DNA of 64,000 nucleotides from an uncultured Clostridia bacterium (GCA_944387405.1 CALXET010000003.1:36962-100961); one strand, 5' to 3'; shown: positions 18,428-28,364, numbered from the stretch's first letter. The notes: generated by a model not told the origin, from the sequence alone. A program made the numbers and translations.

Positions 18428-20164
18428 TTATTTATTTAAAATCTTTTTCATTTCTTCATGTCTTTTTATTTTTAAAGTAGTAGTCTTTATTAATTCCTCT
18501 TCTGTTAGTTCAACATTATTAACACTAATAGCTTTATAAGCAGGAACTAATTTATTTATTTCTTTTATATGATTTAATATATATTTTTTAATATCCTCCA
18601 TATTATCTGAGTTAATTATTTCCTTTATTACTTCCTTGTCATACACAACTTTTGCATGTAATGTTAAATCATTCTCATCCTTATTATCAGAAAGTCCATA
18701 TACCATTGATTCTTTTACGCCCTCTAATTTATTAATTAAAGTTTCTGTTTCTTCTGGATAAATATTTTTACCATTTTTTAGAACAATTACACTCTTTTTT
18801 CTTCCAGATATAAATAAATACTTATCTTTATCAAAATATCCCAAGTCACCTGTATAAAACCATCCATCTACAATAGCTTCATCCGTTGCTTCTTTGTTTC
18901 CAAAATACTCAAGCATTACAGAAGGTCCTTTTACTGCGATTTCTCCTATTCCTTCTTCGTTTTTATCTTCAATTTTAACATCTATACTTGGAAATACTTT
19001 TCCTACAGACCCATATCTTCTATATTTATCATTTTCTGCAGCAACTACAGGAGATGTTTCAGTAAGTCCATATCCTGCATATGTTGTAATTCCAAGATCA
19101 TTAAATCCTTTTTGAACATCTTTGTCTATTGCAGCTGCACCACTTACAAATAATCTCAAATTTCCGCCAAAATTATCATGTAACTCCTTGAAAATTTTCC
19201 TTCTAATATCTATATGTATTTTTCTTAGGAAATTACTTATTTTAATTCCTTTTTTTATTTTTTCTAATTTTCCTTGCTTTTCAATTGATTTCATTACTCT
19301 TTTGTACATGTTTTCAAAAAGTACAGGAACTGAAATCATAACACTTATTTTATATTCTCTTAAATTATCTTGTATATGCCTTATTCCATCACAATATGCT
19401 ACAGAAGCTCCTTTATATATTGGATATAAAAATCCTACTGTTGCTTCAAAAGTGTGATGTAGTGGTAAAAAAGATAAAAATGTATCTTCTTCTGTGACTT
19501 CTATTACTGAAGCAATATCCATTAAATTTGTACATATATTCTTATGACTAAGAGCAACAGCTTTTGACATAGAAGTTGTCCCAGAAGTAAATAACATTAT
19601 CTGCATTTCTTCAGGATTTATTTCTGCACTTAAAAACCTCTTATCACCTTCATCTATTAATTTTCTACCACCTTTAATTAACTCTTTAAATGATAATATT
19701 TTTCCATCTTTCTTTTCTGCATCCATACAAATATAATATTTAATCTTATTTTTCTCATTTTGTTCTTCTATAAATTTTTTCATTATATCTGTATATTTGT
19801 CACTATAAATTATAGCCTCTACTTCTGATCTTTCTATTAAACTTCTTATCTCTTTTTCTGGAAGAGCTCTATCTAAAGGAACAACTATTCCAGTTCCACA
19901 TACAACTGCTAAATAACTAACAGCCCATTCATATCTATTCTCACTAATTATTGCTATTCTCTTTGATTTTAATCCTAAGTCTATTAATTTAGTTCCAAGA
20001 GAATCCACTTCATCTAGAAACTCATTATATTTTTTGGTTCTTATACGTCCTTCTACATCAGTTTTAAATTTAAACGCTGTCTCATCACCAAATTCATTTC
20101 TTGTTTTAGTTATCATATCTTTTAAAGATTTGATTTCTACATAATCATGGATTCTTTCATTCAT
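18428..20164 (-). CDS. Long-chain acyl-CoA synthetase (AMP-binding family)
   Basis: MLFTSGTTSMSK, YGLTETSP, FYTGDLG, SGRKKSVIVLKNGKNIYPEE. Confidence 0.92.
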   Translation of the reverse strand: MNERIHDYVEIKSLKDMITKTRNEFGDETAFKFKTDVEGRIRTKKYNEFLDEVDSLGTKLIDLGLKSKRIAIISENRYEWAVSYLAVVCGTGIVVPLDRALPEKEIRSLIERSEVEAIIYSDKYTDIMKKFIEEQNEKNKIKYYICMDAEKKDGKILSFKELIKGGRKLIDEGDKRFLSAEINPEEMQIMLFTSGTTSMSKAVALSHKNICTNLMDIASVIEVTEEDTFLSFLPLHHTFEATVGFLYPIYKGASVAYCDGIRHIQDNLREYKISVMISVPVLFENMYKRVMKSIEKQGKLEKIKKGIKISNFLRKIHIDIRRKIFKELHDNFGGNLRLFVSGAAAIDKDVQKGFNDLGITTYAGYGLTETSPVVAAENDKYRRYGSVGKVFPSIDVKIEDKNEEGIGEIAVKGPSVMLEYFGNKEATDEAIVDGWFYTGDLGYFDKDKYLFISGRKKSVIVLKNGKNIYPEETETLINKLEGVKESMVYGLSDNKDENDLTLHAKVVYDKEVIKEIINSDNMEDIKKYILNHIKEINKLVPAYKAISVNNVELTEEELIKTTTLKIKRHEEMKKILNK

Positions 20165-20182
20165 TTTATATTCCCCTTTTTA

Positions 20183-20746
20183 TTAATATTTTAATCCCTC
20201 TAATATATTTTCAAACTCTTTAGACAAATTTTTAACATCTAATTCTTCTTTTCTATTTAACTTAACTATCATAGTAGCACAAGTGACTGCAAATATCTCA
20301 GCAGCTATTACATTACTGTCTCCTTCTCTAATTTCTTTTTTCTCCATTCCTTCTTTTACTATTTTTTCAATCTCATCAATATATCTTAAGACAGTCTCTT
20401 TGCATCTAACACTTCTTGGATCATCTCCCCATATTTGACTTAAGAATATCTTTATTAGACTCTCGTATTTTTTTAGTATTCTTATTTGAAGTACAATAAC
20501 TGCTCTTAATTTATCTATTGAATTATCGAACTTTTTGATTTTGATTTCAATATTATTTAATAATAACTTAATTCCTTCATCTACTAAAAAATTAAAAATT
20601 TCTTCTTTACTAGAAAAATGATAATACAAAGTTCCTTTTGCAACACCTACAGTTGCTGTTATCTCTTCTACACTAGTTGCATCATATCCTTTTTCAGCAA
20701 AAAGTTTCATAGATGCTTCAAATATTTTTCTCTTTGTTTTATTCAT
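20183..20746 (-). CDS. TetR/AcrR-family regulator
   Basis: N-terminal HTH: FAEKGYDATSVEEITATVGVAKGTLYYHFSSKEE. Confidence 0.95.
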   Translation of the reverse strand: MNKTKRKIFEASMKLFAEKGYDATSVEEITATVGVAKGTLYYHFSSKEEIFNFLVDEGIKLLLNNIEIKIKKFDNSIDKLRAVIVLQIRILKKYESLIKIFLSQIWGDDPRSVRCKETVLRYIDEIEKIVKEGMEKKEIREGDSNVIAAEIFAVTCATMIVKLNRKEELDVKNLSKEFENILEGLKY

Positions 20747-20827
20747 ACTATAACTTCACCCGTTTTTAATAATTTCTATTATTATATAATCTTATCCTCT
20801 TTTTTTCAAGTAATAAAAAATTACACA

Positions 20828-21616
20828 CTAAGCATACTTCTTTACTTTCACAACTAATCTATCATTTCTTGTATTTCTTATAAAACTATCTACAATATAT
20901 TTGCCTTTTCCTCTAATTGTAATAATGTCACTTATTTTAATATCTTTTGATGCTTTAAATACATCTTCATGATTTACTAAAACTCTACCTTCTTCTATTA
21001 ATTCGCACGCTTTACTTCTTGATGTTTTTGCTATCTCAGATACAAAAGAATCTAATCTCATTGAAGATATTATAATTTGTATATCTTCAAATTTCATCAT
21101 TTTTTTCTTTACATTTTTTATATCCTGAATTGTAATATCAGCTTTTCTAAATCTTGTTAGTAATTTAAGATTTTCTGAAAAATATAACTCATTATCTTTA
21201 AATATTAAAATATCTGCCCCAGACTCATCTAATATAATATCACCAACTTTTTCTCTTGAAACACCTAATTTCATTATTCCTCCTAAAAAATCTTTATGAG
21301 AATACTTACCTTTTAAATTATTTGGGATATTAATTCTTATTACTGAAAAAATATTATTTAAATTACATAAAACTATATCTTTTGTTAACTTTTCTGGATA
21401 GAATATTAAAGATTTTCTCTCCGCTTCTTCATATCCTCCACTTAAAATATATGTATCAATTCTTTTTTGTTTTAAATATTTTTCTACTTTTTTAATTTCT
21501 GTTTCATACAAAAAATCTGTATGTGTTATTTTATTTCTAGTTTTTGATAATTTAATCTTATCATCAATCTTAGCATAAAAAAACTTATCTATATCATCTA
21601 ATTCTTTTTTTATCAT
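20828..21616 (-). CDS. ylmH: YlmH-like S4 RNA-binding protein
   Basis: GGYEEAERK, HKDFLGGIMKLGVSREKVGDI, SMRLDSFVSEI..SRS S4 domain. Confidence 0.85.
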   Translation of the reverse strand: MIKKELDDIDKFFYAKIDDKIKLSKTRNKITHTDFLYETEIKKVEKYLKQKRIDTYILSGGYEEAERKSLIFYPEKLTKDIVLCNLNNIFSVIRINIPNNLKGKYSHKDFLGGIMKLGVSREKVGDIILDESGADILIFKDNELYFSENLKLLTRFRKADITIQDIKNVKKKMMKFEDIQIIISSMRLDSFVSEIAKTSRSKACELIEEGRVLVNHEDVFKASKDIKISDIITIRGKGKYIVDSFIRNTRNDRLVVKVKKYA

Positions 21617-21645
21617 ATAAATCTACCTATCTATATTATTTTTCA

Positions 21646-23529
21646 TTATGTTTTTTCTACCATTTTTAAAATATTTTCTTTTATACTATCTTTATCCATT
21701 TTATATTTTTTCTCAATTTCTTTAACCGAACCTTGCTTAATAAATTTATCTGGATATCCCATATTTAAAATTTTAATTTTTTCATCTTGCTTTATTAAAA
21801 TATCATTTATACTGCTAGCAAGTCCTCCTATTAAATATCCATCTTCTATTGTGATTACCTTTTTAGTTTTTATTGCTGATTTTAAAACTTTTTCTTTATC
21901 TAATGGTTTTAAAAATCTTATATTAATTACTTCTACATTTATATTTTCTTTTTTTAAATCACAAGCTACTTTATAAGCATATTCAGTCATCTTTCCAATT
22001 GAAATAATTGTTATATCTTCTCCTTCTAATAAGACTTCGGCTTTTCCTCTTGATATTTTATTTATGCTTCCATATTCTAAGCTATCTTTAGAATTTTCTC
22101 CTTCTTCCTCTCCTCCTCTTGGATATCTAATTGCTATTGGTTTATTTGATTTAATAGCATATTCTAACATTTTTTCAAGTTCTAAGAAGTTTTTAGGAGC
22201 CATTATAGTGATATTTGGAATGCTGTTTAAGAAACATAAGTCTAGTAATCCTTGATGAGTTTCTCCATCACTTCCAACAATACCCGCTCTATCTACACAT
22301 ATCACTACTTGCAAATTTTGCATACATATATCATGAACTATCTGATCATATCCTCTTTGTAAAAAGGAAGAATAAATTGGAATTACTGGTTTCATACCTT
22401 CTTTTGCAAGTCCAGCTGCAAATCCTAAAGCATGTTGCTCTGCAATCTCAACATTAAAAAATCTATCAGGGAATTTACTAGCAAACTCATTAAGCCCTGT
22501 ACCATCTTCCATTGATGCAGTTATTGCTACTATTCTTTTATCATTTTTAGCAAGCTTTACTAATTTTTCTCCCATTACTTTAGAATAATCTTTTTTCTTC
22601 TTTTCTAATTTTTCACCTGACTCTAAATCAAAACTTGATATTGAATGAAATTTATTTGGATTTTTTTCAGCAAATTTATATCCTTTTCCTTTTTTAGTTA
22701 TAATATGAATCAATATTGGTCCTTTTACTAATTTACAACTTTTAAAAACATTTTCTAAAGCTTCTATATTATGTCCATCTACTGGTCCTAAATACTTAAA
22801 TCCTATATCTTCAAAATACATTTTTGGAATAATTAATTGTTTTATTCCCTTTTTTATATTTATTATCAAATTAATTATTTTTTCTCCAAGATAAGGAATT
22901 TTTCTTAATATCTTCTTTACTACTCCATTAGACTTTTCATATAATTTTTTTGTCCTAAGATTAGTAAGCATCCTTGCCATACCACCAGAATTTTTTGAAA
23001 TGCTCATTTCATTGTCATTTAATATAACTATTAAATCTGTTTTACTATTTCCCGCATCGTTTAGAGCTTCTAAAGCCATTCCTCCTGTAAGAGCGCCATC
23101 ACCTATTACTGCAATTACTTTATTATTTTCTTTTTTTATATCTCTTGCTTTAGCCATTCCTAAACTTGCCGAAATAGATGTACTACTATGTCCTGTATTA
23201 AAGCTATCATAATCTGATTCTTCTGCTTTAGGAAAACCAGCTAGTCCATCTTTTTTTCTTAAAGTTTTAAATTTATCTTTTCTACCTGTTAATAATTTAT
23301 GAGTATATGTTTGGTGTCCAACATCCCAAACAATCTTATCTTTAGGCATGTCAAATACACTGTGAAGTGCTATTGTAAGTTCTACTACACCAAGATTTGA
23401 AGCCAAATGCCCTCCATTTTTTGAAACGACATCTTTTATTTCTTCTCTAATTTCTTCTGCTAAAATCAGTTTTTCTTCTTTTTTCAGTTTTTTCACATCA
23501 TCTGGTAAATTTATTTTTTCAAGTATCAT
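21646..23529 (-). CDS. dxs: 1-deoxy-D-xylulose-5-phosphate synthase
   Basis: GGHLASNLGVVEL, WDVGHQTYTHK, GDGALTGGMALEALN, EIAEQHA, DGETHQG. Confidence 0.97.
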   Translation of the reverse strand: MILEKINLPDDVKKLKKEEKLILAEEIREEIKDVVSKNGGHLASNLGVVELTIALHSVFDMPKDKIVWDVGHQTYTHKLLTGRKDKFKTLRKKDGLAGFPKAEESDYDSFNTGHSSTSISASLGMAKARDIKKENNKVIAVIGDGALTGGMALEALNDAGNSKTDLIVILNDNEMSISKNSGGMARMLTNLRTKKLYEKSNGVVKKILRKIPYLGEKIINLIINIKKGIKQLIIPKMYFEDIGFKYLGPVDGHNIEALENVFKSCKLVKGPILIHIITKKGKGYKFAEKNPNKFHSISSFDLESGEKLEKKKKDYSKVMGEKLVKLAKNDKRIVAITASMEDGTGLNEFASKFPDRFFNVEIAEQHALGFAAGLAKEGMKPVIPIYSSFLQRGYDQIVHDICMQNLQVVICVDRAGIVGSDGETHQGLLDLCFLNSIPNITIMAPKNFLELEKMLEYAIKSNKPIAIRYPRGGEEEGENSKDSLEYGSINKISRGKAEVLLEGEDITIISIGKMTEYAYKVACDLKKENINVEVINIRFLKPLDKEKVLKSAIKTKKVITIEDGYLIGGLASSINDILIKQDEKIKILNMGYPDKFIKQGSVKEIEKKYKMDKDSIKENILKMVEKT

Positions 23530-23547
23530 ACTATTCCTCTATAAATT

Positions 23548-24192
23548 TTAAATAATATATCCAACAATTGCAGTAATAATTATAGGAACTGTAATATTAT
23601 CAAGTCCTTTTACTGATATTGCTTCTAATATAGTAGCTATAAAAGCTATTAAAATAGATTTTGCTATTAAATAATCTACACCTATGAATGCAAATATTAA
23701 TACAGATATAATTAAACTTACAATAAACATTGTAGTAGATCCAGCAATTGATTTTGTGCTTCCAAATATATTAAAACTTTTACTTTTTATACTTTGTCCA
23801 ACAACTGCTGCTAAACCATCTCCATATCCCATGATAAGTATTCCTGGAAGTGCAAGTATTGGCTTATTAATATAAAAAGTAACTAAAGACAATATAGTAA
23901 GTGAAATAGCATAATATACTGTTCCTATTCCTTCTTTTTTATCTTCTCTTTCCATTATTTTTATTAAATTATATTTATATGATAGTGAATTAATTATGAC
24001 AAAAAGCATTGGTAAAATAGCTGCGATTATGAAATTATCAAAAAAAGCTAGAGATATAAACCAAATATTAGAAAGCATTATATGAATATATTTTCTAGTA
24101 ACTTCTTTTCCTTTTTTCTTAAATAATTTTGAAGTTAAAAATATAACTAATATATATATACTAGCAACTATTAATCCTATTACATTGTTCAT
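23548..24192 (-). CDS. CTP-dependent lipid/prenol kinase (phytol/dolichol kinase, DGK1/VTE5 family)
   Basis: RKYIHI, GTVYYAIS, MGYGDGLAAVVG, KSIAGS and GLDNITVP motifs in a multi-TM protein. Confidence 0.85.
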   Translation of the reverse strand: MNNVIGLIVASIYILVIFLTSKLFKKKGKEVTRKYIHIMLSNIWFISLAFFDNFIIAAILPMLFVIINSLSYKYNLIKIMEREDKKEGIGTVYYAISLTILSLVTFYINKPILALPGILIMGYGDGLAAVVGQSIKSKSFNIFGSTKSIAGSTTMFIVSLIISVLIFAFIGVDYLIAKSILIAFIATILEAISVKGLDNITVPIIITAIVGYII

Positions 24193-24288
24193 CTTAATAT
24201 TTCCTTTTTATACAAATTTTTACTGATTATATCAGATTATATGTTAAAAGACAAGTAAACTAAACCGTATCCTTTATGGAAACGGGAA

Positions 24289-24322
24289 AGGAGCAAAAGC
24301 CAAAACTTTAGCTTTTGCTCCT
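24289..24322 (-). terminator. GC-rich terminator of the orphan gene 24328-24978
   Basis: Arms AGGAGCAAAAGC/GCTTTTGCTCCT. Confidence 0.75.
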
Positions 24323-24327
24323 CCCTC

Positions 24328-24978
24328 TTAGTCGCATTCAGGTTCGTCTGTTATTCTCCAAGTTGCCACAGCAGAGTTTATCAGCCTGTCTAAATTCTCC
24401 TCGGTGAAAATTCCAGTCTTCGGGTAGAAAACAGTAGCCAATCCCTCGCTTAAATCCACACCCAGGAGAACGAAATACTGATTTCCGAACACCCCTTTCA
24501 GATTGTAGTGCTCCTCATCATTTGCAAGCACTACATGCGCGAAGAACTTATCCAAACCTATCAGATCCTCGACTATCTCTTCCGGCTTAATCCTTTCAGA
24601 GGACAACCCAACATTTTTCTCAAAATCGTCAAACCACGATTCGTATGTGGAATTTCCGTATTCGAAAAAATCTGCCTTGTATCCTCTTTCGTAAGCCATA
24701 TCCGCAAGCTCTTTTGCAGAAAACTCTTTCGGTCCTGCAAAAAGGTTAATCAGGAAAAGAGTCGCATAGATACCATCTCCTGTCATATACAACGTTTCTT
24801 TTTCGCCATATCGTATCCTCGAAGCTTCTGTGCTTATCATGACATTAAGATCATATCCATATCTTTCCGGATTTTCTCCTAACTTGTCTACATTGAACTG
24901 CACAAGTGCCTGACCAACTATAGGATAAGACTCCCCTCTTTTTACTTCCTTCCGCAACTTTTCAATATACTGTCCCAT
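24328..24978 (-). CDS. Higher-GC orphan; degenerate C39-like (papain-fold) peptidase homologue
   Basis: GGAGG RBS and TTGATA-17-TATAAT promoter. Motif order resembles Peptidase_C39_2, but the catalytic positions read D, Q and Y. Confidence 0.65.
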   Translation of the reverse strand: MGQYIEKLRKEVKRGESYPIVGQALVQFNVDKLGENPERYGYDLNVMISTEASRIRYGEKETLYMTGDGIYATLFLINLFAGPKEFSAKELADMAYERGYKADFFEYGNSTYESWFDDFEKNVGLSSERIKPEEIVEDLIGLDKFFAHVVLANDEEHYNLKGVFGNQYFVLLGVDLSEGLATVFYPKTGIFTEENLDRLINSAVATWRITDEPECD

Positions 24979-25176
24979 TTAATCTCCTCCATTCTGAATC
25001 TTGGGACTATCCCATTACTGGGATAAAACAATATTGCTACATATTAATTATACCATAATTTACATAATATATCAATTTTTAAGAGAGTAGCTTAACAGCC
25101 ACTCTCCTATTACTTTCATAACTTTTACATATATTTAAATAAACAACAAATAATAATTTAATATTTATTTAATTGT

Positions 25177-25671
25177 TTAGTCTTTTTTTCCAAATCTTTT
25201 GAAAAATTTTATAATTATATTTTTAATTTTAACAAAAATATTTTCATTGTGAACAACTAATTCGTTATTACTTTCCTTATTATCTATATTATTCTTTTCA
25301 TCTACATTGCTTTCTTTTCTATCTTCGATAATAGGACTTTCCATATCTAAAGTAAATATATTATATATTCCCTGAAGTTTCATTGTCTCTTCTAATGCAA
25401 CTAATTCTTTTTGCAAATTTTCATCATCGCTCTTGTTCCAATATTTCAAATATAAATATGCTAAAATCTCTTTTGTTTCTTCTGATATTTTATTTTCTAT
25501 TATTTCTCCTAATTCTTTTTCATTTTCGTCTATTTTAAAATCATATTCTTTTGATTTATTCTCAGAAATTTTAAAAATCACTTCAAAAGGAATCTCATCA
25601 AAAGACTTTTGATCTATATATAATAAAATCTCATAAATTTCTGATAAAGCTTCTCTAAACTTTTTATCCAT
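25177..25671 (-). CDS. Hypothetical protein with C-terminal amphipathic helix
   Basis: 164 aa, acidic helical N-domain, ends NIFVKIKNIIIKFFKRFGKKD. Confidence 0.75.
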   Translation of the reverse strand: MDKKFREALSEIYEILLYIDQKSFDEIPFEVIFKISENKSKEYDFKIDENEKELGEIIENKISEETKEILAYLYLKYWNKSDDENLQKELVALEETMKLQGIYNIFTLDMESPIIEDRKESNVDEKNNIDNKESNNELVVHNENIFVKIKNIIIKFFKRFGKKD

Positions 25672-25786
25672 CTTTTCACCTTTTCTTTAGTATTATTATA
25701 GTATATTAATCATTAATAGAATATTATTAAAAAATTTTTTTGTCAAGAAATGATTTTATCTTAAATATAACTTAGTATTAATTAAT

Positions 25787-26236
25787 TCAGCTTAGAATTT
25801 GTTTTGATAACTTAAATTTTAGCATACCTACTTTAGTTTTCTTGTTTTCCAAATCTCTTTTCATATTATTTATTTGTCTATTATATAAATCATTTAATCT
25901 AATCAAATCTTTTTCAGACATTTCACTCATTAAAATCTCTTTACTTTCAAATCTTCTTTGTAATTCTAACAATTCTGGATCTTCTCTATTATCTACTCTT
26001 AAATAATTTAAGAAGTCAGACTCATATTTAGTAGTATATTCTTCTTCCTTTGATGTAGACTCACTTATAGAATTATTATAATTACTACTTTGATTTTCAT
26101 CTTTATAAATTTCATTAGAATAAATATCACTTTTTTCTATATTATTTTTAGTATCTTTTTTAAATAAATTCTTTAAAAAATTTAAAATCTTTGTGAATAT
26201 ATTTTCCTTTTTTTCAATTAAATACTTATCTTTCAT
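25787..26236 (-). CDS. Hypothetical protein with N-terminal amphipathic helix and C-terminal coiled coil
   Basis: 149 aa, GAGGT RBS, ENIFTKILNFLKNLFKK near the N terminus. Confidence 0.75.
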   Translation of the reverse strand: MKDKYLIEKKENIFTKILNFLKNLFKKDTKNNIEKSDIYSNEIYKDENQSSNYNNSISESTSKEEEYTTKYESDFLNYLRVDNREDPELLELQRRFESKEILMSEMSEKDLIRLNDLYNRQINNMKRDLENKKTKVGMLKFKLSKQILS

Positions 26237-26256
26237 TTGTTACCTCTATAAATATT

Positions 26257-26883
26257 CTATTTTTCTTCACCTTGTCTATCTTCTTCGCTTTTTCCTTTTT
26301 TGTCTTCTATACCTTTAGCTTCTGTTTCTAAAGCATCAAGCTCTTTATCAACTAATGCAAGTTCATCTTCTAAAGCTCTTTTATCATCTAATCTACTTAG
26401 TAATTGCTCCTCTAAAATCTGTCTATCATCAGAACTACTTTCATTACTACTTTTATATTCAGGATAATAAGAAATCATCTCTCCATATTTTTCTGTTTCC
26501 CAAGATTTCACAAAATCTTTTCCTCTATCAGAATATTTTGCAAGTGTATCAGCTACAATTCTTTCTAAATTTCTTCTTAAGAAAATACTATTTCCCTCAC
26601 ACATTTTGCAAACATCTTCTATAGAGGTGCCCTTTTTTAATTCTTCAAGTAAATCTAGTGCTAAATCGAAAGCTCTAACCTGTCTTTCAGACTCTCTATC
26701 TAAATCATAATTCATTCCTACAAAAAATGATACATCAAAATCAAAATCTTGCATTAAATCTTCAGGAATAAGACCTTTTCCTCTTTCCATATACTTTTTC
26801 TTAATATCCTCTATTGATTCGTCTGTAACCACTTCTCCGACTACAAATTCAATTTCTTCATTTGCTTTCTTATCTTCTCTCAT
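26257..26883 (-). CDS. Acidic hypothetical protein with C-terminal coiled coil
   Basis: 208 aa, GAGGG RBS, heptad-like LEDELALVDKELDALE. Confidence 0.75.
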   Translation of the reverse strand: MREDKKANEEIEFVVGEVVTDESIEDIKKKYMERGKGLIPEDLMQDFDFDVSFFVGMNYDLDRESERQVRAFDLALDLLEELKKGTSIEDVCKMCEGNSIFLRRNLERIVADTLAKYSDRGKDFVKSWETEKYGEMISYYPEYKSSNESSSDDRQILEEQLLSRLDDKRALEDELALVDKELDALETEAKGIEDKKGKSEEDRQGEEK

Positions 26884-27004
26884 AATAGCCCTCTTTTCTC
26901 TTTTTATTTATTATCACATTTATGAAAAATAATTTCAAGTATATGTCTTTTACTTTTTCAAGCAAAAAAATAAAAGAAACCAAATTTTACTTTGATTTCT
27001 TCTA

Positions 27005-27079
27005 TGGCTGGGGTACTGTGATTCGAACACAGGAATGTCGGAGTCAGAGTCCGATGCCTTACCGCTTGGCAATACCCCA
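27005..27079 (-). tRNA. tRNA-Gln(CTG)
   Basis: TGGGGTATTGCCAAGCGGTAAGGCATCGGACTCTGACTCCGA...GTTCGAATC...CCCCAGCCA. Confidence 0.96.
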
Positions 27080-27147
27080 ATATTATTATATTTGTTATTA
27101 TACTTTGTTTTACTAAATTTTACAATACTTATTATAACACTTTTACA

Positions 27148-27189
27148 ATATTCAAGATAAGAATAAATAAATATTCTTATCTTGAATAT
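27148..27189. terminator. 18-bp inverted repeat, likely terminator of the tagB/F-like gene
   Basis: ATATTCAAGATAAGAATA / TATTCTTATCTTGAATAT. Confidence 0.65.
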
Positions 27190-27236
27190 AATAAATTTAA
27201 AAATTCTACATCAATTTATTTTATCTTTCCTAATTT

Positions 27237-28364
27237 TTATTTACTAATATTATTCATATTTTGAATTATAAATTCTGTTAATTCTTCTGTATTATTTTTC
27301 TTATATACCTCTATATATTTATCTCTGAAATCATATAGCTGACTATAATTATACATATTACTCTCAATAGCTTTAACTAAAGTATCTGCTTTTTTAAATG
27401 TAGCTTCTCTCATTTCTTTTGTAATATCTACATTTAATCCTCTATTTTCTAGATACTCCCTTATATCATATACATAAAAATAAAGTGGTTTATTTAATAT
27501 ACATGCTTCATATGCTATTGCAGAATAGTCTGTTATAATAATATCTGCAATTTTTAGTAAATCCATTGTTTCAAATTTTTTATCTACTATATAATCATTA
27601 TCCTCTTTTTCTATATCTAAAGGATGTTTTCTAATTATTAGTCCATATTTATCTTTATTAATTTTTGCTATTAAATCTGAAGAATTAATATCCTTTCCTT
27701 TTCTAAATGTTGGAACATATAATATTATTTCTTTATCTTTATACTTAGGATATTCTTCTAAAAATTCTTCTTTTAGTTTATCATCTCTTATCTTTAAATA
27801 ATCAATTCTTGGAAGTCCTATAAGTTTAATTTTATTTTTTGGAACATTAAAGGCCTCTGAAAAAAATTCGCCTGTTTTTTTGCTTGGAGCTAAAACATAA
27901 TCATAGTTCTTGTGCATTCTCATTATTTCAATAATTTCAGATTTAGTACCTTCTTTTTTATCTACAACTTGATATCCAAATTTTTTAGTTGCTCCTGATG
28001 CATGCCACATTTGTATTATAACTAAACTTTTTTTATGTTTTAGTAGACTTATAGGAATTGAATATCCATCTATTATACATACTTTAGAATCTGCTAAATT
28101 ATTCATTATCTTTAGCATGTAAAAACAATATCCTACCTTACTTATAAAACTTTTTCCAATCATTTTATACATACAAACAATCTTAATATCTTTATATTTT
28201 TTCAAGCTTTCTTCTAAAAGTCTAAAATCTAAACTTTTTTTATTAGATTGCCTACTAAGTAATAATACTTTATTTTTCGTCTTTTTTAGTTTCAAAATGC
28301 TATATATTAAATTTAAAATAAATCTACCAATAAATACTAATATTTTTAATAATTTTATTTTCAT
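27237..28364 (-). CDS. CDP-glycerol glycerophosphotransferase (TagB/TagF family)
   Basis: IQMWHASGATKKFG, GLPRIDYL, ILYVPTFR, DIIITDYSAIAYE. Confidence 0.9.
   Translation of the reverse strand: MKIKLLKILVFIGRFILNLIYSILKLKKTKNKVLLLSRQSNKKSLDFRLLEESLKKYKDIKIVCMYKMIGKSFISKVGYCFYMLKIMNNLADSKVCIIDGYSIPISLLKHKKSLVIIQMWHASGATKKFGYQVVDKKEGTKSEIIEIMRMHKNYDYVLAPSKKTGEFFSEAFNVPKNKIKLIGLPRIDYLKIRDDKLKEEFLEEYPKYKDKEIILYVPTFRKGKDINSSDLIAKINKDKYGLIIRKHPLDIEKEDNDYIVDKKFETMDLLKIADIIITDYSAIAYEACILNKPLYFYVYDIREYLENRGLNVDITKEMREATFKKADTLVKAIESNMYNYSQLYDFRDKYIEVYKKNNTEELTEFIIQNMNNISK

Noticed and set aside
16912-27079. tRNA-anchored genomic island between tRNA-Tyr/Ile and tRNA-Gln
   Set aside because: No integrase and no duplicated tRNA 3' end seen; the interval holds core genes (dxs, ylmH).
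26922-27116. 64-aa plus-strand ORF
   Set aside because: It is antisense to tRNA-Gln and its promoter.
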